Source: Pseudomonadota bacterium
GTDB lineage: Bacteria > Verrucomicrobiota > Verrucomicrobiia > Limisphaerales > SXTU01
Reading direction: 5' to 3'
NCBI GenBank assembly: GCA_009922615.1
Contig: RFVF01000014.1
Coordinates: forward strand, 2,188 to 66,187
DNA: 64,000 bases
Made by a program: the position numbers and the translations under genes. Below, piece after piece: positions 7,545-15,249 of the stretch; within the stretch, counting starts at the first letter, position 1; every line of letters starts with the position of its first letter. The notes under the pieces are model-generated. The model saw only the letters and a program-made list of their open reading frames with translations, did not search any database and was not told where the DNA came from.

Positions 7545-10500
7545 TCATTTTGCGCGGATGAAGGCGAGGAGGTCCGCCATGTCTTGGGGTTTCAGGGCAG
7601 ACTCCATGCCTTCGGGCATCAGCGAGAGGCCGGAGCCGAGGAGTTGCCTCAGGTCGCTGCGGAGGATGGTTTCCTCAGTGCCGTCGGCACCGCGCATGAC
7701 GAGGTTGTTGGGCGTCTCGGTGGTGATGATGCCGGTGAACTCGCGGCCGGACTTGGTCTCGGCGGTGTAGCTCAGGTAACGCGTCTCCACGGCGGCGTTG
7801 GGGTCGAGGATGGCGGTGAGCAGCCAGTCGGTGTCGCGCGTGGTGACCTGGCCGAGGTCGGGGCCGATCTCGCGGCCCTCGCCCTTGAGCTTGTGGCAGA
7901 CGCCGCAGTTCTTGGTGAACAGCTCACGCCCGCGCGTCTCGCTGCCGGTGAGCGCGGCGACGACGGCGTAGTCCTTAATGACCTTCGCGCGGTCGGCGCT
8001 GGTGGCGGCGAAGAGCTTCGTGGCGCGGTCGCGGAGCGCGGCCTGCGGATGGGTGATGAGCTTCTGGCGCTGGGCGGGGCTGATTTGCGTGGGGGCAACC
8101 TGTCCGCGTTCGAGGGCGGCAAGGAGGGTGTCAATCCACGCCGGGCGCGAGAGCAGCGCGCTGAGGACGGCCTCGCGGAGCGCGGGGCTGTGCGCTTTCC
8201 AATTGGCGAGCAGGACACTGGCGGAGTCGGAGCCGCCGAGCTTGGCGAGCTGCGCGACGGCGGCGGTCTGGATTTCGGCGGGCTGCTGGGGCTTGAGGAG
8301 CGTGGCGAGGGCAGCGAGGTCTTCGGTGCGTCCGCTCGGGCCGCGACCGAGGAGGGTGATTGCGGATTGGCGATTGCCGATTGCCGATTGGGAAAGGGCG
8401 GTCGTGCGGGCGGTGGAGAACAGGCTTGCTTGCTTCTCGATGGCAGCACGAAGGCCCGGCTCCGACTCGGCGGCGAACTGAGACAAGGTCTTGCCCCGCT
8501 GCGAAAGGCTATCAAGGAGCGTGGCGATGACACCTTGCTTCCATGCAGGTGGTGATGGTTCGTAGCCTTTGTCGAAGTAATCGAGAACAGTGCGCAAACC
8601 GCGCGTGTCGTTCTCTGCGAGCGTCTGGCGGACGACGGCTTCGGCAAGCCACTGCGGAGGAAGAGTGTGGGCGCTGTGGGTGGCTGCGCTGAAAGTCTCT
8701 CCAGCGCAGCCGGAGAGAGAACTAATGATGGCCGTTTGCAAGCGCGGGTCATTGGCAGCAGGCATGGCGAGCGAAGAAAGGGATCCGGCTGCCTTTTGCT
8801 TGTTCCAGCCGCTAAGTTGCCCCGCGCTCAGAGCGAGTTGGAAGTAAACCCGAGCCGATAACTTGTCTTCGCGGTCTCGAAACGAAGACACCCCCTCACC
8901 TTGGAGCGCAGCCTCCGTGAGTGTTGGCAGAATTGGTTCAAGAACCCGGAAGAGCTGTTCGAGAACGCCATCATGCTTATCGCCGAACACGAAGCCGAGT
9001 GTCCCCGGTGCCAGCGCGTTCATGCCTTTGAGGGTGCAGAGTGCTTGCATTCGCGCCTTCGGATTCATCAAGGATTTCACGAGTGTTTCCAATGGCTTCA
9101 CTGCCCCTTTGTCCTGCCGTTCCACCAGCAGGCGTTGCGCGGTGTCGCGTTGCCAGCCGCTCGGGGAGTCGAGGGCGGCGACGAGTTGAGTGGTGTTCAG
9201 CTTGGCGAGGTTTGGGACCGGGCGGCGCGGCTTGTCCACGGGCACGACGCGCCAGATGCGGCCTTTGTCCGCGCCGGCGCGGAGGTCGAGGCGGGCCTGG
9301 GTCTCGGGCGCAATCCACTCGGGGTGCTCTAGCACGAAGCGGTAGAAGTCCGCGATGTAGAGCGCGCCGTCGGGGCCGGTCTTGAGCATCGTGGGGCGGA
9401 ACCAGTTGTCGGTGCTGGCGAGGAATTCGCGGTCCTGCTCGTCGGGCGCGCGGCGGCTGGTGAAGCTCACGCCGTCGGGATCGAGGACTTCGCGGTGGAC
9501 GAGGTTGTGCACCGGCTCGCTGATGAAGACGCTGGTGGCGAAGCCGGGGCCGAAGAGGTCGTCGCGGTAGGGCGCGGGCGAGCAGCCGGAGGTGACGTGG
9601 CCGACGGACTGCGGCTGGTTGAAGCGGATGGGCGGGACGCTGGTGGGGTAGCAGCGCGTGGAGTCGGGGTAGTTGGCGAGCATCTGCTTGCTGGACTTCA
9701 CGGCGAGGTGCGGGTTGCGTCGGAGGTAGCGGTCCGGCAGCCAGTAGTGCCAGAGCCAGGTGGGGTTGTTGTTGCCGAACCAGTTGCCCCAGTCGTCGCG
9801 CCGGCGGCCGAACTGCGTCTGGCCTTCGATGGCCTCGAACTCGCCAGTGTCCGGGCGGAAGCGGAAGTCGCGGCCGGAGATGGGGACGGGTTGAGAGTTG
9901 AGAGTTGATGGTTGAGAGCCGCTGACGGTGCTGACGAAGCTGATGGTGCCGCCGGAGTCGCCGTTGGCTCCGTAAATCCAGTTGTCCAAGCCCAACTCGA
10001 AGCCGTTGAGGCGGTGCTGTTGGTTGCCTTCGCGGAAGCCAGTGAAGAGGACTTGCTTCACGTCGGCCTTGCCGTCGCCGTCGGTGTCTTCGGCGTAGAG
10101 AATGTCCGGCGCGGCACTGATGAGGACGCCTTTGCGCCAGGGCATAACGCCGGTGGGGAAGGGGAGGTTGTCGAGGAAGACGGTGGCTTTGTCGTAGATG
10201 CCATCGCCGTGGGTGGATTCCAGAAATTTCACCCGGCCGCCGGCCTTGCCTTTGCCGTCAATGCCGAGCGGGTAGTCAGGCATTTCGACGACCCAAAGTT
10301 TGCCGTCCGCGCCCCACTCGAAGGCGACGGGGCTTTGCACCAGCGGCTCGGCGGCGACCAGCTCGACGCGGAAGCCGGGGCGGACTTGGAAGCACGCCTG
10401 CGACTCGGCGGGGGACTTGGGCGCGGGCATGTCGAAGGCGATGAGTTCGGAGAAGGACTTGCGCCAGACGTGGTCGGGCAGGTGGGCGGTGTCTTCGTTT

Positions 10501-11645
10501 TGGACAAAGAGCTGGCCCTTGTGGAACCACGCGCCGTTGTTGCGGTGCGGGCCGGAGCGGACGAAGGGGGGGATTTCTTTCGAGTGAAGAGTGATTAGTG
10601 AGGAGTGATTAGTGGCGGAGGACGGGGACGGCGGTTGCAAACCGCCGGCACGGCGCTGCTCGTGGAGGACTTTGTGGCTCCAGCCGGCGGTCCAGCCGAG
10701 GTTGGGCTTCACGTCTTTGGCCCAGAGGTAGACGGCGTATTCCTTTTCGTTCGAGAGGATGAGGTCGCCGAAGCCGTCGCCGTTGAGGTCTACGAAGCGG
10801 AGGCCGTTGTCCTCGCCGCGCTCGTTGACGAGGGCGAGGCCGGGCGGCAGGGCGTAGGGGAGCTTCTTCCAAGTGCGCTCGGTGTCAGACCACGCGAAAA
10901 TGACGTTCTGCTTGTCGTTGCTGACGAGGAGTTCGCAGCGGCCATCGCGGTCGAAGTCGCGGAAGCGAATCCCCGTCTCCACCGGATGATGTTGAGCATA
11001 GCCATAGAGATCATTCATCCGGCGAAACTCCGCTCCGGCTTGATTTAGCGGCTTCAACCACGAGTTCGCCTCATAAACGAAGGTATCTCTGTCATCAAAA
11101 TCATAGGACCATATCCGGCGGAAGACCATTGAGGCGTTATTAGAAATCGCAGTGCCCCAGTGCGTTTCGGTCACTCCGCCACCGTAGAACGCAAGCCCAT
11201 CAGGTGTGTTCAATTCATGCCACTTTTGCTCGGGCTGTTGCCATATTCGCGTCTTGGTATCACCTCGCCATTTGCCAACAACGACGCTCATGTGACCGTC
11301 GTTCTTTAGGTCGAGGACGCGGACTTGGCTCAGGTGGTGGGGAATGCGGATTTGACCTCCAAAGTAGGAGGTGCCTCGGATCGGAACTCCGCCCAGCAAA
11401 TTCTTGTTCAGCCGCTCCACCGCCTCCTTGAACGTCAGGAACTTCACCTTCTTCCCGTGCGTGCGCTCGGCGTGGTCGATGAACTGGATGATTTGGTCGG
11501 CGCGAATCCAGCCGTGCGGGTGGAAGATGAAGGTGAAGGCGCCTTGCGCGCGAACGACGGCGTCGAGCGCGAGTTGCCAGTCGGCGACGGTGGCGGCGTT
11601 GGTGGGGCCGCGGGCGTTGAAGGCCTCCCAGTCGCTCGGGACCAT
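7545..11645 (-). CDS. Giant secreted protein: C-terminal part of a NodB deacetylase domain, FG-GAP/VCBS repeats, PVC-type membrane-bound-dehydrogenase-like beta-propeller, HEAT repeats, C-terminal CxxCH heme-binding domain
   Basis: 1366-aa ORF. FG-GAP-like DFDRDGRCELLVSND and VDLNGDGFGDLILSNE. FRVELVAAEPLVQSPVAFEWGADGKLWVVEMPDYP matches the Pirellula/Verrucomicrobium N-terminal dehydrogenase domain. C-terminal GRELFTKNCGVCHKLKGEG. The reading frame stays open upstream to the TAA at 11703-11705 (see finding). Confidence 0.85.
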   Translation of the reverse strand: MVPSDWEAFNARGPTNAATVADWQLALDAVVRAQGAFTFIFHPHGWIRADQIIQFIDHAERTHGKKVKFLTFKEAVERLNKNLLGGVPIRGTSYFGGQIRIPHHLSQVRVLDLKNDGHMSVVVGKWRGDTKTRIWQQPEQKWHELNTPDGLAFYGGGVTETHWGTAISNNASMVFRRIWSYDFDDRDTFVYEANSWLKPLNQAGAEFRRMNDLYGYAQHHPVETGIRFRDFDRDGRCELLVSNDKQNVIFAWSDTERTWKKLPYALPPGLALVNERGEDNGLRFVDLNGDGFGDLILSNEKEYAVYLWAKDVKPNLGWTAGWSHKVLHEQRRAGGLQPPSPSSATNHSSLITLHSKEIPPFVRSGPHRNNGAWFHKGQLFVQNEDTAHLPDHVWRKSFSELIAFDMPAPKSPAESQACFQVRPGFRVELVAAEPLVQSPVAFEWGADGKLWVVEMPDYPLGIDGKGKAGGRVKFLESTHGDGIYDKATVFLDNLPFPTGVMPWRKGVLISAAPDILYAEDTDGDGKADVKQVLFTGFREGNQQHRLNGFELGLDNWIYGANGDSGGTISFVSTVSGSQPSTLNSQPVPISGRDFRFRPDTGEFEAIEGQTQFGRRRDDWGNWFGNNNPTWLWHYWLPDRYLRRNPHLAVKSSKQMLANYPDSTRCYPTSVPPIRFNQPQSVGHVTSGCSPAPYRDDLFGPGFATSVFISEPVHNLVHREVLDPDGVSFTSRRAPDEQDREFLASTDNWFRPTMLKTGPDGALYIADFYRFVLEHPEWIAPETQARLDLRAGADKGRIWRVVPVDKPRRPVPNLAKLNTTQLVAALDSPSGWQRDTAQRLLVERQDKGAVKPLETLVKSLMNPKARMQALCTLKGMNALAPGTLGFVFGDKHDGVLEQLFRVLEPILPTLTEAALQGEGVSSFRDREDKLSARVYFQLALSAGQLSGWNKQKAAGSLSSLAMPAANDPRLQTAIISSLSGCAGETFSAATHSAHTLPPQWLAEAVVRQTLAENDTRGLRTVLDYFDKGYEPSPPAWKQGVIATLLDSLSQRGKTLSQFAAESEPGLRAAIEKQASLFSTARTTALSQSAIGNRQSAITLLGRGPSGRTEDLAALATLLKPQQPAEIQTAAVAQLAKLGGSDSASVLLANWKAHSPALREAVLSALLSRPAWIDTLLAALERGQVAPTQISPAQRQKLITHPQAALRDRATKLFAATSADRAKVIKDYAVVAALTGSETRGRELFTKNCGVCHKLKGEGREIGPDLGQVTTRDTDWLLTAILDPNAAVETRYLSYTAETKSGREFTGIITTETPNNLVMRGADGTEETILRSDLRQLLGSGLSLMPEGMESALKPQDMADLLAFIRAK
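8358..8392. repeat. Heptamer array (GATTGCG GATTGGC GATTGCC GATTGCC GATTGGG)
   Basis: Read directly from the sequence. Translated SQSAIGNRQSAITLL in the HEAT region of the giant protein. Confidence 0.85.
9891..9918. repeat. Heptamer array (GTTGAGA GTTGAGA GTTGATG GTTGAGA)
   Basis: Read directly from the sequence. Translated SQPSTLNSQP in a loop of the beta-propeller domain. Confidence 0.85.
10582..10616. repeat. Heptamer array (GAGTGAA GAGTGAT TAGTGAG GAGTGAT TAGTGGC)
   Basis: Read directly from the sequence. Translated ATNHSSLITLHSKE in the linker between the FG-GAP and dehydrogenase-like domains. Confidence 0.85.
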
Positions 11646-11702
11646 CGCCGGGAATTCCCAGCAGGTGCGGTTGATGACGTAGGGATAGGGGTAGTCCTCA
11701 AT

Positions 11703-12488
11703 TTAGGTGCCGAAGTTCGCGAGGGATTTTTTGGTGAGGGCGTTGGTCGTGGCGGGGAAGTAGCGGCGGAAGTGGTCGGACTGCCCCCTCACCTCGGCCC
11801 TCTCCCCCGATGGGGGCGAGGGAGAAGAAGGTGCAGTCACGCCGTTGCGTTTCAGGAATTCATCCGTGAGCAAGCACATCACGGAGGAGTCGGCTTGGAG
11901 GAAGTTGCCGTCGGGGGAGGTGCGGTTGAAAATCTCGGCGTAGAAGCGCGGGCTGGGGGAGTTCATCGAGTCGCAGCACGGCATGCGGAAGGCGACGGGT
12001 TTGTTGCCGGGGACTTTGCTCAGGAGGTCCACGCCGCCGTGGAAGGTATTCCAGGCGTTGGTGAAGCTGCCCTTCTGCAACAGCGGGCACGGGTGCGTGA
12101 GCGTGTGGACTTCGAGCGAGAGGCCCTCCTTGAGCCACGTCTGGAGCTGCGGGTCGGTCGGCTCGACGACGTTGGCAAAGATGCTGACGGGCGCGCGGCC
12201 ATCCATCTTCTTCAACCGGTCAAGGATGGGGCGGAGGTAGGTCTCGTATTTCTTCGACTCGCGCATGTCGTCTATCGCGAGGATGACGACGGCCTCGACG
12301 CCCGGCTCGCCGACCCATTGCGGCGTGATGAGCTTGGGGAGGTCGCGGTGGGGGTAGAAGGGGTTGTCCTCGTCGAGGTAGGCGAGGCGGTTGGCATTGG
12401 TGGAGAAGGGGGCGGCGGAGGCGGCGGAAAGCAGGATACAGGAGATGGCAGTTAGGAGGTAGGGCAAAGCGAGCCAGCGCGGGTGCAT
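11703..12488 (-). CDS. Polysaccharide deacetylase (NodB/CE4) N-terminal fragment with signal peptide; probably the 5-prime part of the downstream giant gene
   Basis: Track start 12512 is GTG. The ATG at 12488 gives the signal peptide MHPRWLALPYLLTAISCILLSAASAAP. NodB motifs 1-3 are present (AIDDM, HTLTH, FRMPC). The ORF ends at a TAA in frame with ORF 7545..11645. Confidence 0.8.
   Translation of the reverse strand: MHPRWLALPYLLTAISCILLSAASAAPFSTNANRLAYLDEDNPFYPHRDLPKLITPQWVGEPGVEAVVILAIDDMRESKKYETYLRPILDRLKKMDGRAPVSIFANVVEPTDPQLQTWLKEGLSLEVHTLTHPCPLLQKGSFTNAWNTFHGGVDLLSKVPGNKPVAFRMPCCDSMNSPSPRFYAEIFNRTSPDGNFLQADSSVMCLLTDEFLKRNGVTAPSSPSPPSGERAEVRGQSDHFRRYFPATTNALTKKSLANFGT
11783..11830. repeat. 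GC-rich REP-like palindromic element in frame in the NodB fragment
   Basis: CCCTCTCCCCC-GAT-GGGGGCGAGGG (11798-11822). Translated SSPSPPSGERAEVRGQ, a peptide type I remember as recurrent in PVC hypothetical proteins. Confidence 0.6.
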
Positions 12489-12588
12489 GGTGGATGGACG
12501 ATAGCGGGGCACGCGCGCTTCGCACGAGGGAATTGCTGCGCCGCGAGACTATTGACGAACCGGCGCGCAGACGCTTTCCTCGCGCCCC

Positions 12589-13200
12589 ATGAATGTTGAC
12601 CAGAACGACGTTAAAGATCTCATTGCCAGCATCAAAGCCGAGAAACAGGCGCAGAAGGACAAGGAAGCCCGTGAATCGTGGACGAAATATGTCTCGCTCA
12701 CACTCGTGTGCCTCGCGGTGCTGACCGCCATCGCCACGCTCAAGGGCGGCGGCTTCACCACGCGCACGCTCAAGGAGCTGAACGAGGCGACCTTCCAGCA
12801 GTCGCTCGCTTCCGATGAGTGGAGCCTCTACCAGGCCAAATCCATCAAGCAGAAGCTCTACGAATTCCAGCTCGACACGCAGGGCAATTCTTCCGATCCC
12901 GCCGTCGAGGCGCGCTCGAAGAAACTCAAGGAGAAGATCGCGGAATACAAAACGGAGCAGGCCGACTCCTTCAAGAAGGCGAAGGACCACGAGAAGAAAC
13001 GCGACGACGCGCGCACGACCGCAGACAAGATCGCCGCCTTGGGACGCGAGATGGGCATGGCGATCACCTTCTTCCAGGTCTCCGTGGCGCTGGGCGGTAT
13101 TTGTCTCATTGTGAAGAAGAAGTGGCTGTGGTTCGCCTCGCTGGGGCTGGGCACGTTCGCCGCCGTGAAGATGTTCACCGTGCTGAACACGGTGATCTGA
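12589..13200 (+). CDS. DUF4337 family membrane protein
   Basis: 203 aa. TM helix near residue 40, SDEWSLYQAKSIK segment, coiled-coil middle, C-terminal TM pair. This layout is as I remember DUF4337. Confidence 0.75.
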   Translation: MNVDQNDVKDLIASIKAEKQAQKDKEARESWTKYVSLTLVCLAVLTAIATLKGGGFTTRTLKELNEATFQQSLASDEWSLYQAKSIKQKLYEFQLDTQGNSSDPAVEARSKKLKEKIAEYKTEQADSFKKAKDHEKKRDDARTTADKIAALGREMGMAITFFQVSVALGGICLIVKKKWLWFASLGLGTFAAVKMFTVLNTVI

Positions 13201-13212
13201 GGCCGCGCGCGG

Positions 13213-14832
13213 CTAGCGTTGCCGGCTGGTCAGCAGCCAGGCCGTCAGGTCGCCTTTACCTTTGACCTGCACCAGCTCGCGTCGGATGAAGTGGTAGTCG
13301 TTGGCGATCAGCCGGTGCGTGGCCGAACTCACTTGGATGGCCCCGGTCACGCCGTGGGATTCCATGCGGCTGGCGGTGTTCACCGTGTCACCCCAGACAT
13401 CGTAGCTGAATTTGTTACGGCCGATCACCCCGGCCACCACGGGGCCGCTGTTGATGCCGATGCGAATGCGGACGGAAAACTCGCTTCCCGCGAAGCGCTC
13501 TTCCACCGCGCCGATCATGTTCAACGCCAGCTCGGCGATAGCGTGCGCGTGGTCGGCCCGCGGGATGGGCAGGCCGCCGACGACCATGTAGGCATCACCG
13601 ATGGTTTTGATTTTCTCCAGTCCTTGCGCCTCTGCGAGCTGGTCGAACGTCGTAAACAACTCATTTAGCAGACGCACCATTTCGGAGCCGCTGATGCGCG
13701 CGCTCAACTCGGTGAAGCCCACCAGATCGGCGAACAGCACGGTCACTTCGGGCAGGTGATCCACGATCGTGGACTCACCGGCCTTGAGGCGGTCGGCGAT
13801 GGCGCGGGGCAGGATGTTGAGCAGCAGTGCCTCGGATTTCGCCTGCGCTTCGCGGACTTGCCGGAGCAAATCCTGCTCCTTGTCGCGCAACCGTTTTTTG
13901 TCGAGGCACGCACCGATGCGCGCCCGCAGCAGGATCGGGTCGAAGGGCTTGGTAAGGTAATCTTCCGCGCCGCCTTCGATGCAGCGGATGAGCGTTTCCA
14001 AGTCATCAAGGCCGGAGATCATGATGACCGGCAAATGCCGCAGCGTGTGGTCAGCCTTCATCGCCGTGAGCACCTGATGGCCGTCCATCTCCGGCATGAT
14101 GATGTCGAGCAGCACGAGGTCGAACGCGTGGCGTCCGAGCATGTCCAGTGCGCGGCGGCCATCTTCGGCGATGGCCACGGTGAACCCTTCGCGACTGAGT
14201 CGGCGCGTAAGCAGGGCGCGATTTGATTCGGTGTCATCCACCACGAGGATGGTGCCGGTCACGGGCGGGCGAACTTCCGCGCGCGTGAGGAACGTGGTGT
14301 CTTCGCTGCCCGGCGCGGGCGTGACCGTGGCGGCGGGTTTGCGGAAGAAGACCGTTTCGCCCGAACCGTCCGCGCTCGCGGGCGCGCACTCTAACTCAGC
14401 GAAAAAGGGCGAGGCCAATTCGAACATGCCCGCCAACAGTCGCGGCGCTCGCTCGCTCAGGCCAATGGCCGAGTCCCGAATCCGGGTCAGGTCATCCAGA
14501 AAGGGCTGTCCGGCAAGCTGCCGGCAATGCGCATGCAGGGTGGCGGCGCAATCGGCGGCGTCTTGTGAGAACCGTTGCAGCGCGCGACCAAGTTCATCTC
14601 CGGTCCCGGGCTGGGTCGCGAGGTGTTCGGGGGTGAGAGTTTGATTGAGTTGCTTGAGAATTGCGTTGGTGGCCTGGGACAAGGCTTCCAGGTCAGTGAC
14701 CAGATCGGCGTGGCCCAGCTCGCGGGCCTCCTCACTGAGGATATCGGCGAAGCCGAGGATTTCCCCCAGCGGGTTGCGCAGGTCGTGCCGGGCGACACTG
14801 ACTTGCTGTGGGATGAGCCGCGCGCCGTTCAT
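13213..14832 (-). CDS. HisKA-like (no ATPase) + receiver + class III adenylate/guanylate cyclase fusion
   Basis: 539 aa. H-box VARHDLRNPLGEILGFADIL. REC ILVVDDTESNRALL...LVLLDIIMPEMDG. Cyclase core VTVLFADLVGFTELS...IGDAYMVVGG...GDTVNTASRMES. Confidence 0.9.
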   Translation of the reverse strand: MNGARLIPQQVSVARHDLRNPLGEILGFADILSEEARELGHADLVTDLEALSQATNAILKQLNQTLTPEHLATQPGTGDELGRALQRFSQDAADCAATLHAHCRQLAGQPFLDDLTRIRDSAIGLSERAPRLLAGMFELASPFFAELECAPASADGSGETVFFRKPAATVTPAPGSEDTTFLTRAEVRPPVTGTILVVDDTESNRALLTRRLSREGFTVAIAEDGRRALDMLGRHAFDLVLLDIIMPEMDGHQVLTAMKADHTLRHLPVIMISGLDDLETLIRCIEGGAEDYLTKPFDPILLRARIGACLDKKRLRDKEQDLLRQVREAQAKSEALLLNILPRAIADRLKAGESTIVDHLPEVTVLFADLVGFTELSARISGSEMVRLLNELFTTFDQLAEAQGLEKIKTIGDAYMVVGGLPIPRADHAHAIAELALNMIGAVEERFAGSEFSVRIRIGINSGPVVAGVIGRNKFSYDVWGDTVNTASRMESHGVTGAIQVSSATHRLIANDYHFIRRELVQVKGKGDLTAWLLTSRQR

Positions 14833-15230
14833 GCCGGTGGCACGCCAAGCGCGGTGGCGGGCGGTTGACCACCGGTTAGCGCGTCGATCTTGGCGAAGAG
14901 AGAGGGGAAGTCGATGGGCTTGGTTTCGTAGTCATTGCAACCGGCGTCTATTGCCTTCTCGCGGTCGCCGGCCATGGCGTGCGCGGTGAGCGCGATGATG
15001 GGGATGGTGGCGGTTGCCGGGTTGGTCCTCAAAGCGCGGGTGGCGGCCCAGCCGTCCATGCCGGGCAGGCCGATGTCCATTAGGATGAGGTGGGGTTGGA
15101 GTTCCTGCGCGGCGACGATGCCTTGCTCGGCATCCTCACACAGGTGGACTTCGTGTTTCATCGCCTTGAGCCGGCGGCTGATGATGATGCGGTTGTTCTC
15201 GGTGTCTTCGATGACGAGGATTTTAGGCAT
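14829..15230 (-). CDS. Single-domain response regulator (CheY-like)
   Basis: 133 aa. KILVIEDTENN...LILMDIGLPGMDG...TAHAMAGD...KP. ATGA overlap with the downstream cyclase gene. Confidence 0.9.
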   Translation of the reverse strand: MPKILVIEDTENNRIIISRRLKAMKHEVHLCEDAEQGIVAAQELQPHLILMDIGLPGMDGWAATRALRTNPATATIPIIALTAHAMAGDREKAIDAGCNDYETKPIDFPSLFAKIDALTGGQPPATALGVPPA

Positions 15231-15249
15231 GGCTGGTAGTGGCGAGGGG

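Noticed and set aside
13201-13214. 12-nt perfect palindrome GCCGCGCGCGGC between the convergent DUF4337 and cyclase genes, considered as a bidirectional terminator
   Set aside because: It has no loop and no flanking U-tract, and it is too short to call. It may only be a GC-rich coincidence.
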